Position numbers and translations under genes: made by a program. Positions 12,513 through 24,740 of a stretch of 63,494 bases of DNA are shown here, in pieces. The stretch spans positions 152,342,071-152,405,564 of the forward strand of contig NC_068983.1 of assembly GCF_001194135.2 (NCBI RefSeq), in the 5' to 3' direction. Under the pieces are notes generated by a model. It had not been told where the DNA came from, did no database searches, and saw nothing but the letters and a program-made list of their open reading frames with translations. Source of the DNA: Octopus bimaculoides (Eukaryota). Every line of letters begins with the position of its first letter. The stretch's first letter is position 1.

Positions 12513-12555
<43 letters not shown>

Positions 12556-13599
12556 GCAAACACATGTGCGCACGCGCCTGCACATACATGTGCTACACTA
12601 CAGTCCACATTTACATTCCCCGAACTTATTAACAAATTTGGTTTTAAAATTCACAATAGGCTGAACTGACAGGATTTGTATGAAATAAAACTCTGAAAAC
12701 TATGTTCCAAGTACATTATATTTCACAAAATCACTTATTCTTTCAGAAGATCACGCACTCTTTAAATCTAGTCTAAAATTAGTACAACATAAAAGTAACA
12801 ACTATGAGCGTCTTGTAATACAAGTATCAAAGTAATGCAATGCGATATACTAAGTAACTTAATCTAAAATCGCAACATCAATTATCACAAGTTGCAGGAA
12901 AATTACATTTTACAAGTCATGGCATCTGAGATATTCAGAGAAGCTGGGCTGCTCACCACAAATTCTTTTGCTTTTTTGATGTCTCATTTGACCATGTTAT
13001 CAGAGAAGGTCTGGGAAGGTGCACCATCTGCTACAACATCCCAAACTTGCAATAGTTTGTGGTAACAGTACATGTTGGGTTACTTCCATTAATATAGAAA
13101 AAAAATTCTTATGTTCGAATTTAGCTTTTAATACAAATCAGAATATGAAAATAACAGCTTGCTCCAAAACACAATACTAGTATTAATGCAATCTGAAAGA
13201 AGCAACTTATTCTAAAATCAACAACTAATCTGTACAGAAAATGTCATTGCCCTCGTCCACATTTCCATGTTTACATGGGTCAGATGGAATTTTGCCGAGG
13301 CAGCTTTTCTATGGCAAAATGCCCTTCCTGCTGGAAGACACAAAGTTGTTGGTACACTGCTATATATATATGTATAAATAATACAAGATAGGACAAGGAC
13401 GCAAAACATCCAAACAGTTAGGTGATACACGAAAGGGACAAAACATACAGATAGACTATACAAAGAAAACAGGGACAGGTCATTCGGATTTTTCTCTCTT
13501 CAGTTGAGATCCTTGCAATTTCGGCTGCTTATTCTCTGGCCAGCCCCAAGGAAAAACTAAGCTATATACATATATATACATATATGTATGCATGTGTGT

Positions 13600-13820
13600 C
13601 TATATATTTGTGTGTGCGTGGTAGTCCCCCCCCCCCAACATCGCTTGACAACCGATACTGGTATCTTTACGTCCCCCGTACCTTAGTAGTTTGGCAAAAG
13701 AGTCTGATTGAACATGTACTAGGCTTACAAAGAATAAGTCCCGGGGTCGATTTGTTCGACTAAAGGCAGTGCTCCAGCAGGGCCACAGTCAAATGACTGA
13801 AACAAGTAAAAGAATAAAAG
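13600..13820 (+). mobile_element. SINE family C, 3' half
   Basis: CATCGCTTGACAACCGAT...GGGGTCGATTTGTTCGACTAAAGGC...GACTGAAACAAGTAAAAGAATAAAAG tail. Confidence 0.75.
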
Positions 13821-14173
13821 AATATAGTAATAGTAAGAACTTTTGGAAGGAAATCTATAAATTCCTTAATGCATTGCTGCATACGTCCCCACAAATCTCA
13901 TGTTTTTGTAGTTATATTCCCCATCCATAGGATATTATAAATATGATTTGCAAAATCCATAGTTTGTGTGAAAAATTATAGGATATAAATATACGTGTGT
14001 GTGTGTGTGTGAGTTTTCATATGGATATATGAATCCATGGATTTTGCAAATCATATAATATTCTATGGATGGTGAATATAGCAATTAAAACATGAGGTAT
14101 GTAGAAACGTAAGTTGCAATGCATTAAGGGATTTATGAATTTCTATTCAAAAGCTCTTGTTATTACTATATTC
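13820..14173. mobile_element. Old foldback/MITE-like element with about 140-bp imperfect inverted arms
   Basis: 13820-13960 is roughly 80% (by eye) the reverse complement of 14036-14173, with a (GT)n spacer. Confidence 0.65.
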
Positions 14174-14821
14174 ATCCTACACTATAGCAGAACCAGACTG
14201 AGAACATTGCCATAAGTTTATTTTGGAAGATGGGAACAATAAGCAGTAGATGGAGTAAATAGCACAGGGGCTTTTTAAAAATGTACTCAAAAACGTTTCA
14301 CATAAACAAACTTAAAGAATATATATATATATCATCATCATCCATAATTTTGAATCTGGGTTTTGTTTCCATTAATGGGGGGTGGCTGGATCTACCTCAA
14401 TGCCATAGAAACCGCCCTCACACCATCTTACCCTCCCAATCTCCTCCTCCACATTTTCCTCAGTTTACCTTGCTTTTGCCGTCCATTCACCTCAAACTGT
14501 AGCACCCTCTTCAGAACATGCTCTTCATCCCTCCTCAACACATGCCCATACCACTGCACTCCATTTGCCCTTGCCAGCTGTTCCACTGATTCCTTCAACC
14601 CCCAGCATCCTCATCAAGCCCTCAGTTCTCCTCTTATCAAACAGCCTCACACCACACATTCCTCTTACCATTGCTCTCTCAGTCTTTCTCAAAATTGCCA
14701 TCTTTCTCTCTCCCTCAGACACCATGCCTCACTCCCAAACAACATTGCAGCTCTCACACAACTCCTATAGACCTTACCTTTTGTCTTCAATGAGAACTTT
14801 TTCCCATATAATAATGCTCCA

Positions 14822-14925
14822 AATAAGTACCAGTTATGCGCTGGAGTCAATGTAATCGACTTAATTCCTTTGTGTGTCCATGTCTGTCCCTTCTGTGTTT
14901 AGCCCCCTGTGGGCAATAAAGAAAT
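14822..14925 (+). mobile_element. 5'-truncated family-A SINE with 16-bp TSD
   Basis: TSD ATATAATAATGCTCCA at 14806-14821 and 14926-14941. Confidence 0.85.
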
Positions 14926-14955
14926 ATATAATAATGCTCCACATATCCTGAACTT

Positions 14956-15597
14956 GGATCTTGTTCAAAACGGGGGCACCAGTATTTTCTTAACGAAACA
15001 CTTTGAAACTTGGGACACTGGTAGAATGTGTCATATAAAACATCTTTTTCTCTTAGTCTTCTTAAGAAAAATTATTATATTGCAACTTATTTCATGCTAA
15101 AGTTGTCGTATTTCTGTAATTTCAACCAATGACTGACGTCCATTCAGCCGAAAACATTAAGTGCTGACTACGTGAACAAACGATGGCGTAAACGACTACG
15201 TAAACAAAAAATGGCTGAAGCATATTGGCAGTAGGGTTAGGGTTAGGCAGTAGCTAATATACCTTTCATACAGTTCAGGCAGATGTTAACGAAATAAACA
15301 CGCGTGAAAGAAAATGAAAAAAAAGCAAATGTTCAGTTGTTAATGAAATTATAAATGGAGATTAAATACGCTTTACACTGCTTAAGGAGTAAGTGTAAAC
15401 AGCTGAATACTTGTCAGTGATTGGTTGAAATTATCGAAATAAGACAATTTTTTACATGAAATAAATTCGAATACAAAATTTTTTTTCTGTTCTATAACAC
15501 AAAATACATAAGTATACGAAGTTTGAAAGTCTTTCGGTACCAAAAACACTACATAAAACATAAATGAAAACTGGTGCCCCCGTTTTGAACAAGATCC
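14956..15597. mobile_element. Merlin-like MITE, copy 2 (642 bp, complete)
   Basis: Perfect 28-bp TIR GGATCTTGTTCAAAACGGGGGCACCAGT. TSD CTGAACTT at 14948-14955 and 15598-15605. Interior homologous to 11203-11893. Confidence 0.9.
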
Positions 15598-16347
15598 CTG
15601 AACTTCACCCAGCCAAGTCTCACTCTTGCTGTCATAGCTGCTTAACATCCACCACTTACTCCCACCCTATCTCTCAAATAACAAAACCCTCTCACCATCT
15701 CTACCTCCTCACATAGCATTTCCACTGACTTTGCTAGCCTTCCAGCTTCTTTCTCAGATCTTCCACAAACAAACTCTCTTGCCAGTCTTGGGGGTCATCT
15801 CCTTTATTTTCATACATCTACCTTGAATCCATTTCTCACATCTCGCACACAGCACTGCATTTGCCATATATATATATATATANNNNNNNNNNNNNNNNNN
15901 NNNNNNNNNNNNNNNNNNNNNNNNNNNNNNNNNNNNNNNNNNNNNNNNNNNNNNNNNNNNNNNNNNNNNNNNNNNNNNNNNNNNNNNNNNNNNNNNNNNN
16001 NNNNNNNNNNNNNNNNNNNNNNNNNNNNNNNNNNNNNNNNNNNNNNNNNNNNNNNNNNNNNNNNNNNNNNNNNNNNNNNNNNNNNNNNNNNNNNNNNNNN
16101 NNNNNNNNNNNNNNNNNNNNNNNNNNNNNNNNNNNNNNNNNNNNNNNNNNNNNNNNNNNNNNNNNNNNNNNNNNNNNNNNNNNNNNNNNNNNNNNNNNNN
16201 NNNNNNNNNNNNNNNNNNNNNNNNNNNNNNNNNNNNNNNNNNNNNNNNNNNNNNNNNNNNNNNNNNNNNNNNNNNNNNNNNNNNNNNNNNNNNNNNNNNN
16301 NNNNNNNNNNNNNNNNNNNNNNNNNNNNNNNNNNNNNNNNNNNNNNN

Positions 16348-16399
<52 letters not shown>

Positions 16400-16468
16400 G
16401 TATATATATATATATATGTATATACACACCCATACATGTGTACCATACAAATACACACACATGCATAT

Positions 16469-16511
<43 letters not shown>

Positions 16512-17216
16512 AAACAGTGTAACTGAAGAAATTCAAGTGTACTAAATTACTGTTGTTTCAATAATAATGATGATCATGATGATGATAAAAATAATAATAG
16601 TAATAATAACACAATCCTTATCAATGTTATCATTATTATTATCATTATTGTTATTGTTATTATTATTATTATGATTATCATCATCATCATCATCATCCGT
16701 ATTTATAAAAATACATATGTAAACATATATCATTCATGTCACTGGTATTATTTATATCTGTGGGCTATTTGTGTGAAGAATTATATGATATAAATATACC
16801 TCTCTGTGCGTGCTTACGAGCGTGTGTGTGTGTGTGTATCTTATAAGAATAAGCGAATACATAAAGAGAGACACAAATACACACATATATATACATACGC
16901 ACGCATACACAAGTATTGCGTGTCAGAGTTTTAACCAATCTTGTGAAATACCTGAAGCAAAAAAAATACTCTCCAAAACAAACTCCAATTAACAAGTTCT
17001 GACACCTCTGCTACTCCCACTGCTGCTCCCCTACTCATGCATCACCCAAATAACCATAATGTTGAGTTACTTCTTTTTCTTGGAACCAAAACCACCCAAG
17101 TGATTAAATAACATGTATCTACATGATATGCATAATTCATACTCATGAAATATATATATATATATAAAGATAAACTTGGAAATGGATGTGCGGCTTTCAA
17201 TCAAATAATATAAATA

Positions 17217-17257
<41 letters not shown>

Positions 17258-18331
17258 NNNNNNNNNNNNNNNNNNNNNNNNNNNNNNNNNNNNNNNNNNN
17301 NNNNNNNNNNNNNNNNNNNNNNNNNNNNNNNNNNNNNNNNNNNNNNNNNNNNNNNNNNNNNNNNNNNNNNNNNNNNNNNNNNNNNNNNNNNNNNNNNNNN
17401 NNNNNNNNNNNNNNNNNNNNNNNNNNNNNNNNNNNNNNNNNNNNNNNNNNNNNNNNNNNNNNNNNNNNNNNNNNNNNNNNNNNNNNNNNNNNNNNNNNNN
17501 NNNNNNNNNNNNNNNNNNNNNNNNNNNNNNNNNNNNNNNNNNNNNNNNNNNNNNNNNNNNNNNNNNNNNNNNNNNNNNNNNNNNNNNNNNNNNNNNNNNN
17601 NNNNNNNNNNNNNNNNNNNNNNNNNNNNNNNNNNNNNNNNNNNNNNNNNNNNNNNNNNNNNNNNNNNNNNNNNNNNNNNNNNNNNNNNNNNNNNNNNNNN
17701 NNNNNNNNNNNNNNNNNNNNNNNNNNNNNNNNNNNNNNNNNNNNNNNNNNNNNNNNNNNNNNNNNNNNNNNNNNNNNNNNNNNNNNNNNNNNNNNNNNNN
17801 NNNNNNNNNNNNNNNNNNNNNNNNNNNNNNNNNNNNNNNNNNNNNNNNNNNNNNNNNNNNNNNNNNNNNNNNNNNNNNGCACGAAGGCCAGTCAGGCGGT
17901 ACTGGCAACGGCCACGCTCAAAATGGTGTATTTTATTTGCCACTCGCACAAGAGTCAGTCCAGGGGCACTGGCAACGATCTCGCTACACATACACATACA
18001 TATGCATACACACACACACACACACACACTTACAAATGTATATGTGTGTGAGTGTGTATAGCTAAAACACGTTTCTACTTGCTCTCCTCCAATCATAAAG
18101 TTTCCCCTGCCCCCAGGGCTCATAGCCTTGCAAGCAGCATGACAACCTCACTAGTGATGGTGGCATGAAAAATGTACTGAGTATTAGCTGTAAAGTGGTG
18201 CCATTAGGAAGGGTCTTCAACCATGGAAACCGTGTCAGCATGGAACATGGATGTTGAATGATGAAGATGATTATACACATTCTTGATAAATATAGATGTA
18301 ATTATACATGTATAAATTTGTTTAGATGTCT

Positions 18332-18374
<43 letters not shown>

Positions 18375-18869
18375 CTGTTGCAATTTTATCTGGTAACGTC
18401 ATGTGTTTTGTAGTTACATAATTTGTTTTTAGTAATGATTTACCATTACCACTCCCATGTCTCTACTCCTCCTTCTTTTCATATCAGAAGCCAGAAAATA
18501 CAAGTTTTGAGACCTTGAGAGAAAAGCTCCTAGTTCTAAATCTGAAAATAGTAAATGAATCCCATGATGGTAATTCCAGTTGTTCAATTAATAGAACAAC
18601 CAATGTATTAAATTCTATAGTATGTGGCTGATAATACTACACATATATCTTTCTTTAAAGTATCCTCAGACAAGAATCTGTATAAGTTTCCAAATTACAG
18701 TTGTAGTCTATCTGATGAATTCCCACAATTTCTGTAGAACTGGTTTCATTCAAAAAGCTTTCAACTCACCATCACCTGACGCTACATTAGAAGAAACTAG
18801 CCCAAAGTGCTATGCAAAACAATCAAACCTTTGACCATCTGATTGTGAAGCAAACTTCTTAGCTATTTA

Positions 18870-19480
18870 ACCAGGCAGCTTGTTAGAAAACCTCTATAAG
18901 AAATGAAAGCAGTAACTCTAGTGAGCCGTAGTTCATATAAGCTTGCAAGTGAGCTAGAACGAGCTTCTGCTATCTCTAGCGGACAGGTATCTCCTACTAA
19001 GAATGGACAAAAATAGCCCAAAACCAGTTGGTCTGGTGATCCTGTCAAGTTGCTCTCCTGCTTGTAAGATATAATGGGTGCAGATTGCATCAATAACTAA
19101 CAAGATGAAGTGTCCTCTTGGGGTTAAAAAGTCTTAGTACATACACACCATCATCCCTATTGCGCAATTCTTTTTATTAATGTTGTTGCTACTGACACCA
19201 CTTCTGTGCATGGTGTAAATGACCTTCACAAACCATACTTCTACCCATATTTTACTTAGCAGCCACAAGGGTACCACTAAGCATGATACCTCAATAATGT
19301 TCTTCTTCATGTCCTCAAATGCTGTGGATAATGGTTTCTTATTGGCTAAAACCATCTCTTGCTGTTGCATTTCTAAGAAGAGGACACCAGTGGTTCTGCA
19401 TCTCTTCACAAACCAAGTTTCATATTATCTAAACTAGGACTCTCTTCTGCAATGAACCAGCATCCATTTCACCAGAAGTG
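18870..19480 (-). mobile_element. Decayed RTE-clade RT fragment
   Basis: CRTTGVLFLEMQQQEMVLANKKPLSTAFEDMKK resembles the RTE motif GRxTTDAIF..RQLQEK.LA.NKPLY.AFVDLEK. Confidence 0.5.
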
Positions 19481-19524
19481 TTGTAGTCTTAATCACTTAC
19501 ACACCATGGAAACTGAGTAACCAG

Positions 19525-20228
19525 CCTTAATAATAATAATTTATTTCTTTATTGCCCACAGTGGGGCTAAACATAGAGGGGCCACACAAAGATAGACAAA
19601 GGGATTAAGTCGATTACATCGACCCCAGTGCGTAACTGGTACTTGTTTAATCGACCCCGAAAGGATGAAAAGCAAAGTCGACCTCGGCGAAATTTGAACT
19701 CAGAACGTAGCGGCAGACGAAATACCGCTAAGCATTTCGCCCGGGGGTGCTAACGTTTCTGCCAGCTCAATAATAATAAGAAGAAGAATAAGAATAACAA
19801 CAACAGCAACAATCTTATCTACTCTAAGCACAAGGCCCGAAATTTTGGGGGAGGGGGCCAGTCGATTAGACCGACCCAGCACGCAACTGGTACTTAAATT
19901 ATCGACCCTGAAAGGATGAATGGCAAAGTCGACCTCGGCGGAATTTGAACTCAGAACGTAAAGACAAACGAAATACCGCTAAGCATTTCGTTCAGCGTGC
20001 AAGCGTATCTTATTTCTTTACTGCCCACAAGGGGCTACACACAGAGGGGACAAACGGATTAAGTCGATTATATCGACCCAGTGCGTAACTGGTACTTATT
20101 TAATCGACCCCGAAAGGATGAAAGGCAAAGTCGACCTCGGCGGGATTTGAACTCAGAACGTAGCGGCAGACGAAATACCGCTGATCATTTCGCCCGGCGT
20201 GCTAACGTTTCTGCCAGCTCGCCGCCTT
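19525..20228 (-). mobile_element. Tandem array of three young-looking family-A SINEs
   Basis: Copies at about 19525-19770, 19810-20005 and 20008-20228, separated by or flanked with AAT/AAG runs. Confidence 0.88.
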
Positions 20229-20847
20229 CAATAATGATAATAAAGCATCCTCCGTGTTTCATGATAATTATTGTTAATACTTTCCATATTGCAAGAGCCT
20301 AGAGGGCTCTTCTGGATGAATAGAGAAGGTGAACTGAAACAAAAAAATTACCAAACATTTGCAAACAAAGGCATTAATAAATTCGATGTAAAAAAACAAC
20401 TCTTTTAGAATTGGAAGAAAAAAAAAAATCAAAAGTAAGGGAGGTAACTCTAAATATGTTTACAGCAGTTGATTCCCTTGAAAACTGCAAATAACAACAA
20501 TGGAATAATTGGATTAATTAAAAATCCTATCCAATTCACACAGAATAATGGTAATAGTGAAATGAATGAATATCTGACAATAAAGCAATTCTATGCTTGA
20601 TGCTGTGGTTTAATGATTGTAATGTGCAGGAAGTTGCAGAAATATGTGTTGGTATAGTGATGACTATTATTTTCTAACTTGTAGTTTTTCTCCATTGTTG
20701 TACCTATATATTGTATTTGCTGGTCTACTCGTCTGTTTCTCACTGAAATCTCACGGCAATCTGTTTGACTGTATTGTATCTCTTTTTCCCACCCTCTGCA
20801 TTTGTCAGCCCGTACTTCTCTCTATAATGATTTAATACAATTTCCAT

Positions 20848-20960
20848 TCCAAATCAGATTGGAGCCTGGTGTAGCCATCTGGTTCACCAATCCTCAGTCA
20901 AATCGTCCAACCCATGCTAGCATGGAAAGCGGACGTTAAACGATGATGACGATGATGATG
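20848..20960 (+). mobile_element. RTE-type 3' tail repeat (family H)
   Basis: CAAATCAGATTGGAGCCTGGTG...GGAAAGCGGACGTTAAACGATGATG, near-identical to 23040-23155. Confidence 0.7.
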
Positions 20961-22138
20961 AACTTGAAATATAGTAACTCATTTATTGCCGGAGAAATAA
21001 GAAGCTGACATGGTAAACCTCTCTTCCTTGCCCTTGAGACACTTTGTGGGTGGAACCAGCCAAAGGAGGAACTTACTAGTTTTATTTCACGTTAAAACTA
21101 CTTAAGAAAGGTAACTCAGCTACTCACTCCCAGAAAAAATTGATACTGTGAACCAATCTTTGAGGATCTTAATTATATATTCAAGTGAAACCTACCAAAG
21201 GAGTCTTTCACTACTTGTCTATGCAATATAGTAGAGGAGGTAGAGGGTAGTGCTTGTAGCCTTGCTAAGCTCCTAACAAACACAAAGATGAGACAGAAAT
21301 AACTGGGGACCATTAATACAGTTACAATTTACTTTGAAATTTATAAGGCTTTTATGAGCTGACAGGAAGGGTTATATATTATATACAGGAAGATAGGAAG
21401 GGTTATATATGTATACATTTGGCACAACACACTTTTGGAATGAGCGTCAGACAGCTGTGTGAATGAAGTAGGTTTAGGTGAGTGAAGAAATGTAATTTGA
21501 AATGTTGAATATTTGGATAATTAGTAAATAACTGGTGTCCTAAAAACGATGATAGCCACCACATCAATTCTCAAAAAGAAAAAGTAAGATGCCTATATAA
21601 TGATTTAATCTATGAGTGAAATGGATTCATTATGTGGTTGTCTAACTGGCTAAAAGTAAGAGTTAAAACACCCGAAAATCACACACTATTATCTTTAACC
21701 CTATATCATTCTCATTACTCTGTCACATGTAATGCTTATTTATTCACATTCTTTTGAATTAATCATGCATTATCTCATAGCTGTGAGGTATCAATGGTAT
21801 GCTTGTGTTTAGAATGACACTGTATGGTTGGTGTGAGGGACTGGATCTGGGCCAGTTTGAACATAAAACAAGTAGAATATTTGGGCCACATATGGCCTCT
21901 TTAAAAGCTAAAAGATTAAATGAGAAAAGGATGAGTTAGATAATGAAGTTCCACATAACGTGGAAGGAAATAGAAGGGTACAGCAGATATGACTTTGATA
22001 GTAGTTCTGCTCTGCCTAAGTTGACCTGGAGGCTAAACAACTTAAGCAACATCAACAACAACAACCCATTTGATCCTGTAACCGAAAGGATAAAAAAAAA
22101 AATTGAAAAACGATCAATAGGCTCTGACAAGGACTTAC

Positions 22139-22747
22139 CTGCAGACGCTCCAGTAAATAGTTCAGGTCTAAAACATCTGTATAGAAGTCAAGATTAAAGG
22201 CAAGTTTACCATACTTTTGAATGAGATCAGCTTTTGAGAGGACGTTCACATGAGGGAGACTAACTTGGAGCATTGTGATTAAAGAGGTGAGTAAAACTGA
22301 AATGAATTTGCCTGTATCACTGCAGTAGTGTGCATCTACTAAATGTACAGCTACAAGTCTATAGTCAAGTTTCTGTAAGGCCTCAACAATGTTGTGGACA
22401 GCATTGTGGTGAGTGTAGAGTTCAACTTGTCCAGGACAATCAAACATAATGTAGTGGTCTTTGGGGATGAGTTTTAGTTTATGAACCAGCCAATCTAGAT
22501 TTTTATCAAGGTACTCCATGCAATATATGAGTCCTCCATTTGGGCCGAGCTTCAGATTCTCCATGACTTCCTCGAGAGTAATCAGTTCTGAGATATTGAT
22601 GTCTGGTGTGTAAGGAATGCAGTCGTTGGCAGGATCAAGGTTTACGATTGACACCTTCCGTCCCAAATTTCGCATGAATTCACTCATTCCACGGCAGTAG
22701 GTAGTTTTGCCAGAACCAGGTGGTCCAATAACTAGCTGGGCAAACAT
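22139..22747 (-). CDS. GPN2: GPN-loop GTPase 2, first coding exon (203 codons, MFAQLVIG...LLERLQ); 3' exons not located
   Basis: Within ORF 22052..22780: P-loop [21 protein letters not shown] (GPN loop), DCPGQVE, SKAD, and the GPN2-type [14 protein letters not shown] motif. Similarity stops at CAG|GTAAGT (phase-0 donor, intron starts 22138). A T-rich tract plus TAG acceptor puts the exon start at 22763, 16 nt before the ATG at 22747. Confidence 0.93.
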
Positions 22748-22984
22748 TGTAGTAGTCAGATATCTATAGTTAAAAATCATAATAAAATAAATAAAAAAAC
22801 AAATTACACAAAGGCAACAGAATTACAAATAACAAAGTCTAACTACTAAAGAAAAGAAAAGAAAACACAGATTAATTATCATATGCATATGTTTTTACAT
22901 ATACAAGGCAGAATTTAAACACTATTATACTATTGTTTAAATGCTTTCATTATTTAATTCTTTTGTTGTTGTTTTTTTTTTTTT

Positions 22985-23155
22985 GCGGCACGTAAAAGCA
23001 CTCTCTGAGTGGTTGGCGTTAGGAAGGGCATACAGCTGTAGAAACTCTGCCAAATCAGATTGGAGCCTGGTGTAGCCATCTGGTTTCACCAGTCCTCAGT
23101 CAAATCGTCCAACCCATGCTAGCATGGAAAGCGGACGTTAAACGACGACGACGAT
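22985..23155 (+). mobile_element. RTE-type 3' tail repeat (family H), upstream of the GPN2 coding exon (putative intron 1)
   Basis: See 20848-20960; ends in (GAC)n. Confidence 0.7.
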
Positions 23156-23219
23156 GTACACACACATATCATCATCAGTATTCTTACATTTGGTTTCTCC
23201 ATACTATAATGACCACAAC

Positions 23220-23850
23220 AGAGAGAGTTCTGGGTAGCGAATAAAGAAGAGCTAACCAACCTTGGATATCTGAAGAGACTCTAGAACTGGTAGATCAAAG
23301 AAGGGAACTTAAGATGAAGTGATCAGCCATAGAGGATGGAGAATAAAGATATCAAGAGATCAAAAGAGCAGTGAGAAGAGAAGTGAGAAGGGACAAAAAC
23401 CAGATGAATGGAAGATGTATGTGCTGAGGTTCAAGATGAATTAAACAAGAATAACATGAGGAAGGCATACAACATTACCAAAGCACTAAAGAAAGGATTC
23501 CAGCCAGAAATATAGAAACAAAGACTTAAAGGACAGAGTGCTTGATGATCTACAAAATATTCTCAAAAGGTGGAAAGAATATGGAGAAAGAGTACATCAG
23601 GACAATATTTCACAATCAGCAGACATCAGTTAGGATGATCTGACTTCCCAGCACTAATTGAGTCAGAAGAAAGAGATAGTGACTTCCACAAAAAGCTGAT
23701 GGAATTGATGGTCTACCTGCAGAACTGTTAATAACAAAATTCTGATGATCAGAATGTTATACAGACTCTGCGTTGCACTTTCCTTGACACTGGTGAATGG
23801 CCACCAGGCTAGATCAGATCAGTAATCAATTCCAAAAAAACAATAACAGT
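23220..23850 (+). mobile_element. Decayed RTE/BovB-like LINE fragment
   Basis: Broken frames read ..WISEETLELVDQRREL..YQEIKRAVRREVRRDK..NNMRKAYNITKAL..KADGIDGLPAELL. Confidence 0.55.
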
Positions 23851-24099
23851 AGAAGATACAGTACATAGAATCCATCCTGCTCAGCTAACAACAATCACTT
23901 CGTATATGGCCAGCAGAAGGAAAGATATTATTTTTTAAAGACTAACACGGTAAGGTGTGATTTAAGTTGAATCCCGCAGCTATTTCTAACAATTCTGACT
24001 ATAAAATTTCCCTCATCGGTAAGCATTTGTTGAACCGAGTTGGGAATGAGATGTAACTTCCAACTGCTTGTTTCCTAGACAATCAAGCCGAGACCATCA

Positions 24100-24480
24100 C
24101 ATCTATTTTTCAGGCAGTGTACCGATAACAAGATTTTTTTTCAGACAAGTAGTTTTCTTTTTTAAGGCAATAGATATGAAAGAAATTTGACTGCCAGTTC
24201 TAGTAGGTCGAACAACCATGTAGATACTCTCGTCGATTTGCAGCGGCATACTTGCCATGACAACGATGACTTTCAAAATTAACACTTTGTCACAAAGCTT
24301 GATAAATTCTAGTACATGGCTTGGATATTAACGGATATTGCGAGAACGAAAAGCAAAATCAATACGGATAGGAACAAAATGAAACACCTCTATGTTATTT
24401 AGTCTGGCGTTCCACCACTCTCCTCCCAATAGTTTCAACACCGAAGTTTACCACAGAAGATGCTTTATAATCCAGTAGTT
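24100..24480 (-). mobile_element. Possible Helitron helicase C-terminal relic
   Basis: Weak, frameshifted resemblance to LAFAMTINKSQG..FSHGQLYVA (reads ..LAISVN..CHGKYAA). Confidence 0.25.
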
Positions 24481-24679
24481 TGGATTTAGTATACACAACT
24501 TAAATATTTTGTACTTATGTGTTGTCGTAAATCTGACAAATTATAATTATAAATCATCAACAACGGCTAAACAGCTGATAGCGATAAACAATATAATACT
24601 ATAGTGTGAAACAGAACTATAGATCCAGTTATATTATGTCAATGTTTAAATTTCAAACAAATAAAATAATTTAACTTAC

Positions 24680-24740
24680 TACGCGAATTTATAAACATGC
24701 ACGCTTCAGGAAGTCGCCATCTTCGAAGTATAAAAACAAA
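24680..24740 (-). promoter_or_regulatory. Candidate GPN2 core promoter / non-coding first exon
   Basis: Minus strand reads AAGATGGCG (YY1-like), then ACTTCCTG (ETS-like), then a GTAAGT donor at 24679, about 1.9 kb upstream of the GPN2 acceptor. The link to GPN2 is inferred. Confidence 0.45.

Larger units (their letters stand above)
14330..15862 (-). mobile_element. RTE-clade LINE 3' fragment interrupted by a SINE and a MITE
   Basis: Removing both inserts and one TSD copy of each restores RLGWVKFRICGALLYGKKFSLKTKGKVYRSCVRAAMLFGSEAW. It continues (frameshifted) as KMAILRKTERAMVRGMCGV. The upstream part reads NAVLCARCEKWIQGRC. Confidence 0.8.

Noticed and set aside
13440-13560. CTGAAGA...CCGAATGAC on the minus strand of a repeat
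   Set aside because: GAAT instead of GAAA and poor stems; too degenerate to call.
22052-22138. ORF tail [28 protein letters not shown] as the GPN2 C-terminus
   Set aside because: It starts at a consensus GTAAGT donor and has no GPN2 similarity, so it is intron read-through.
22748-22780. Upstream ATG ([11 protein letters not shown]) as the GPN2 start
   Set aside because: It lies in the T-rich acceptor tract; homology starts at MFAQLVIG.
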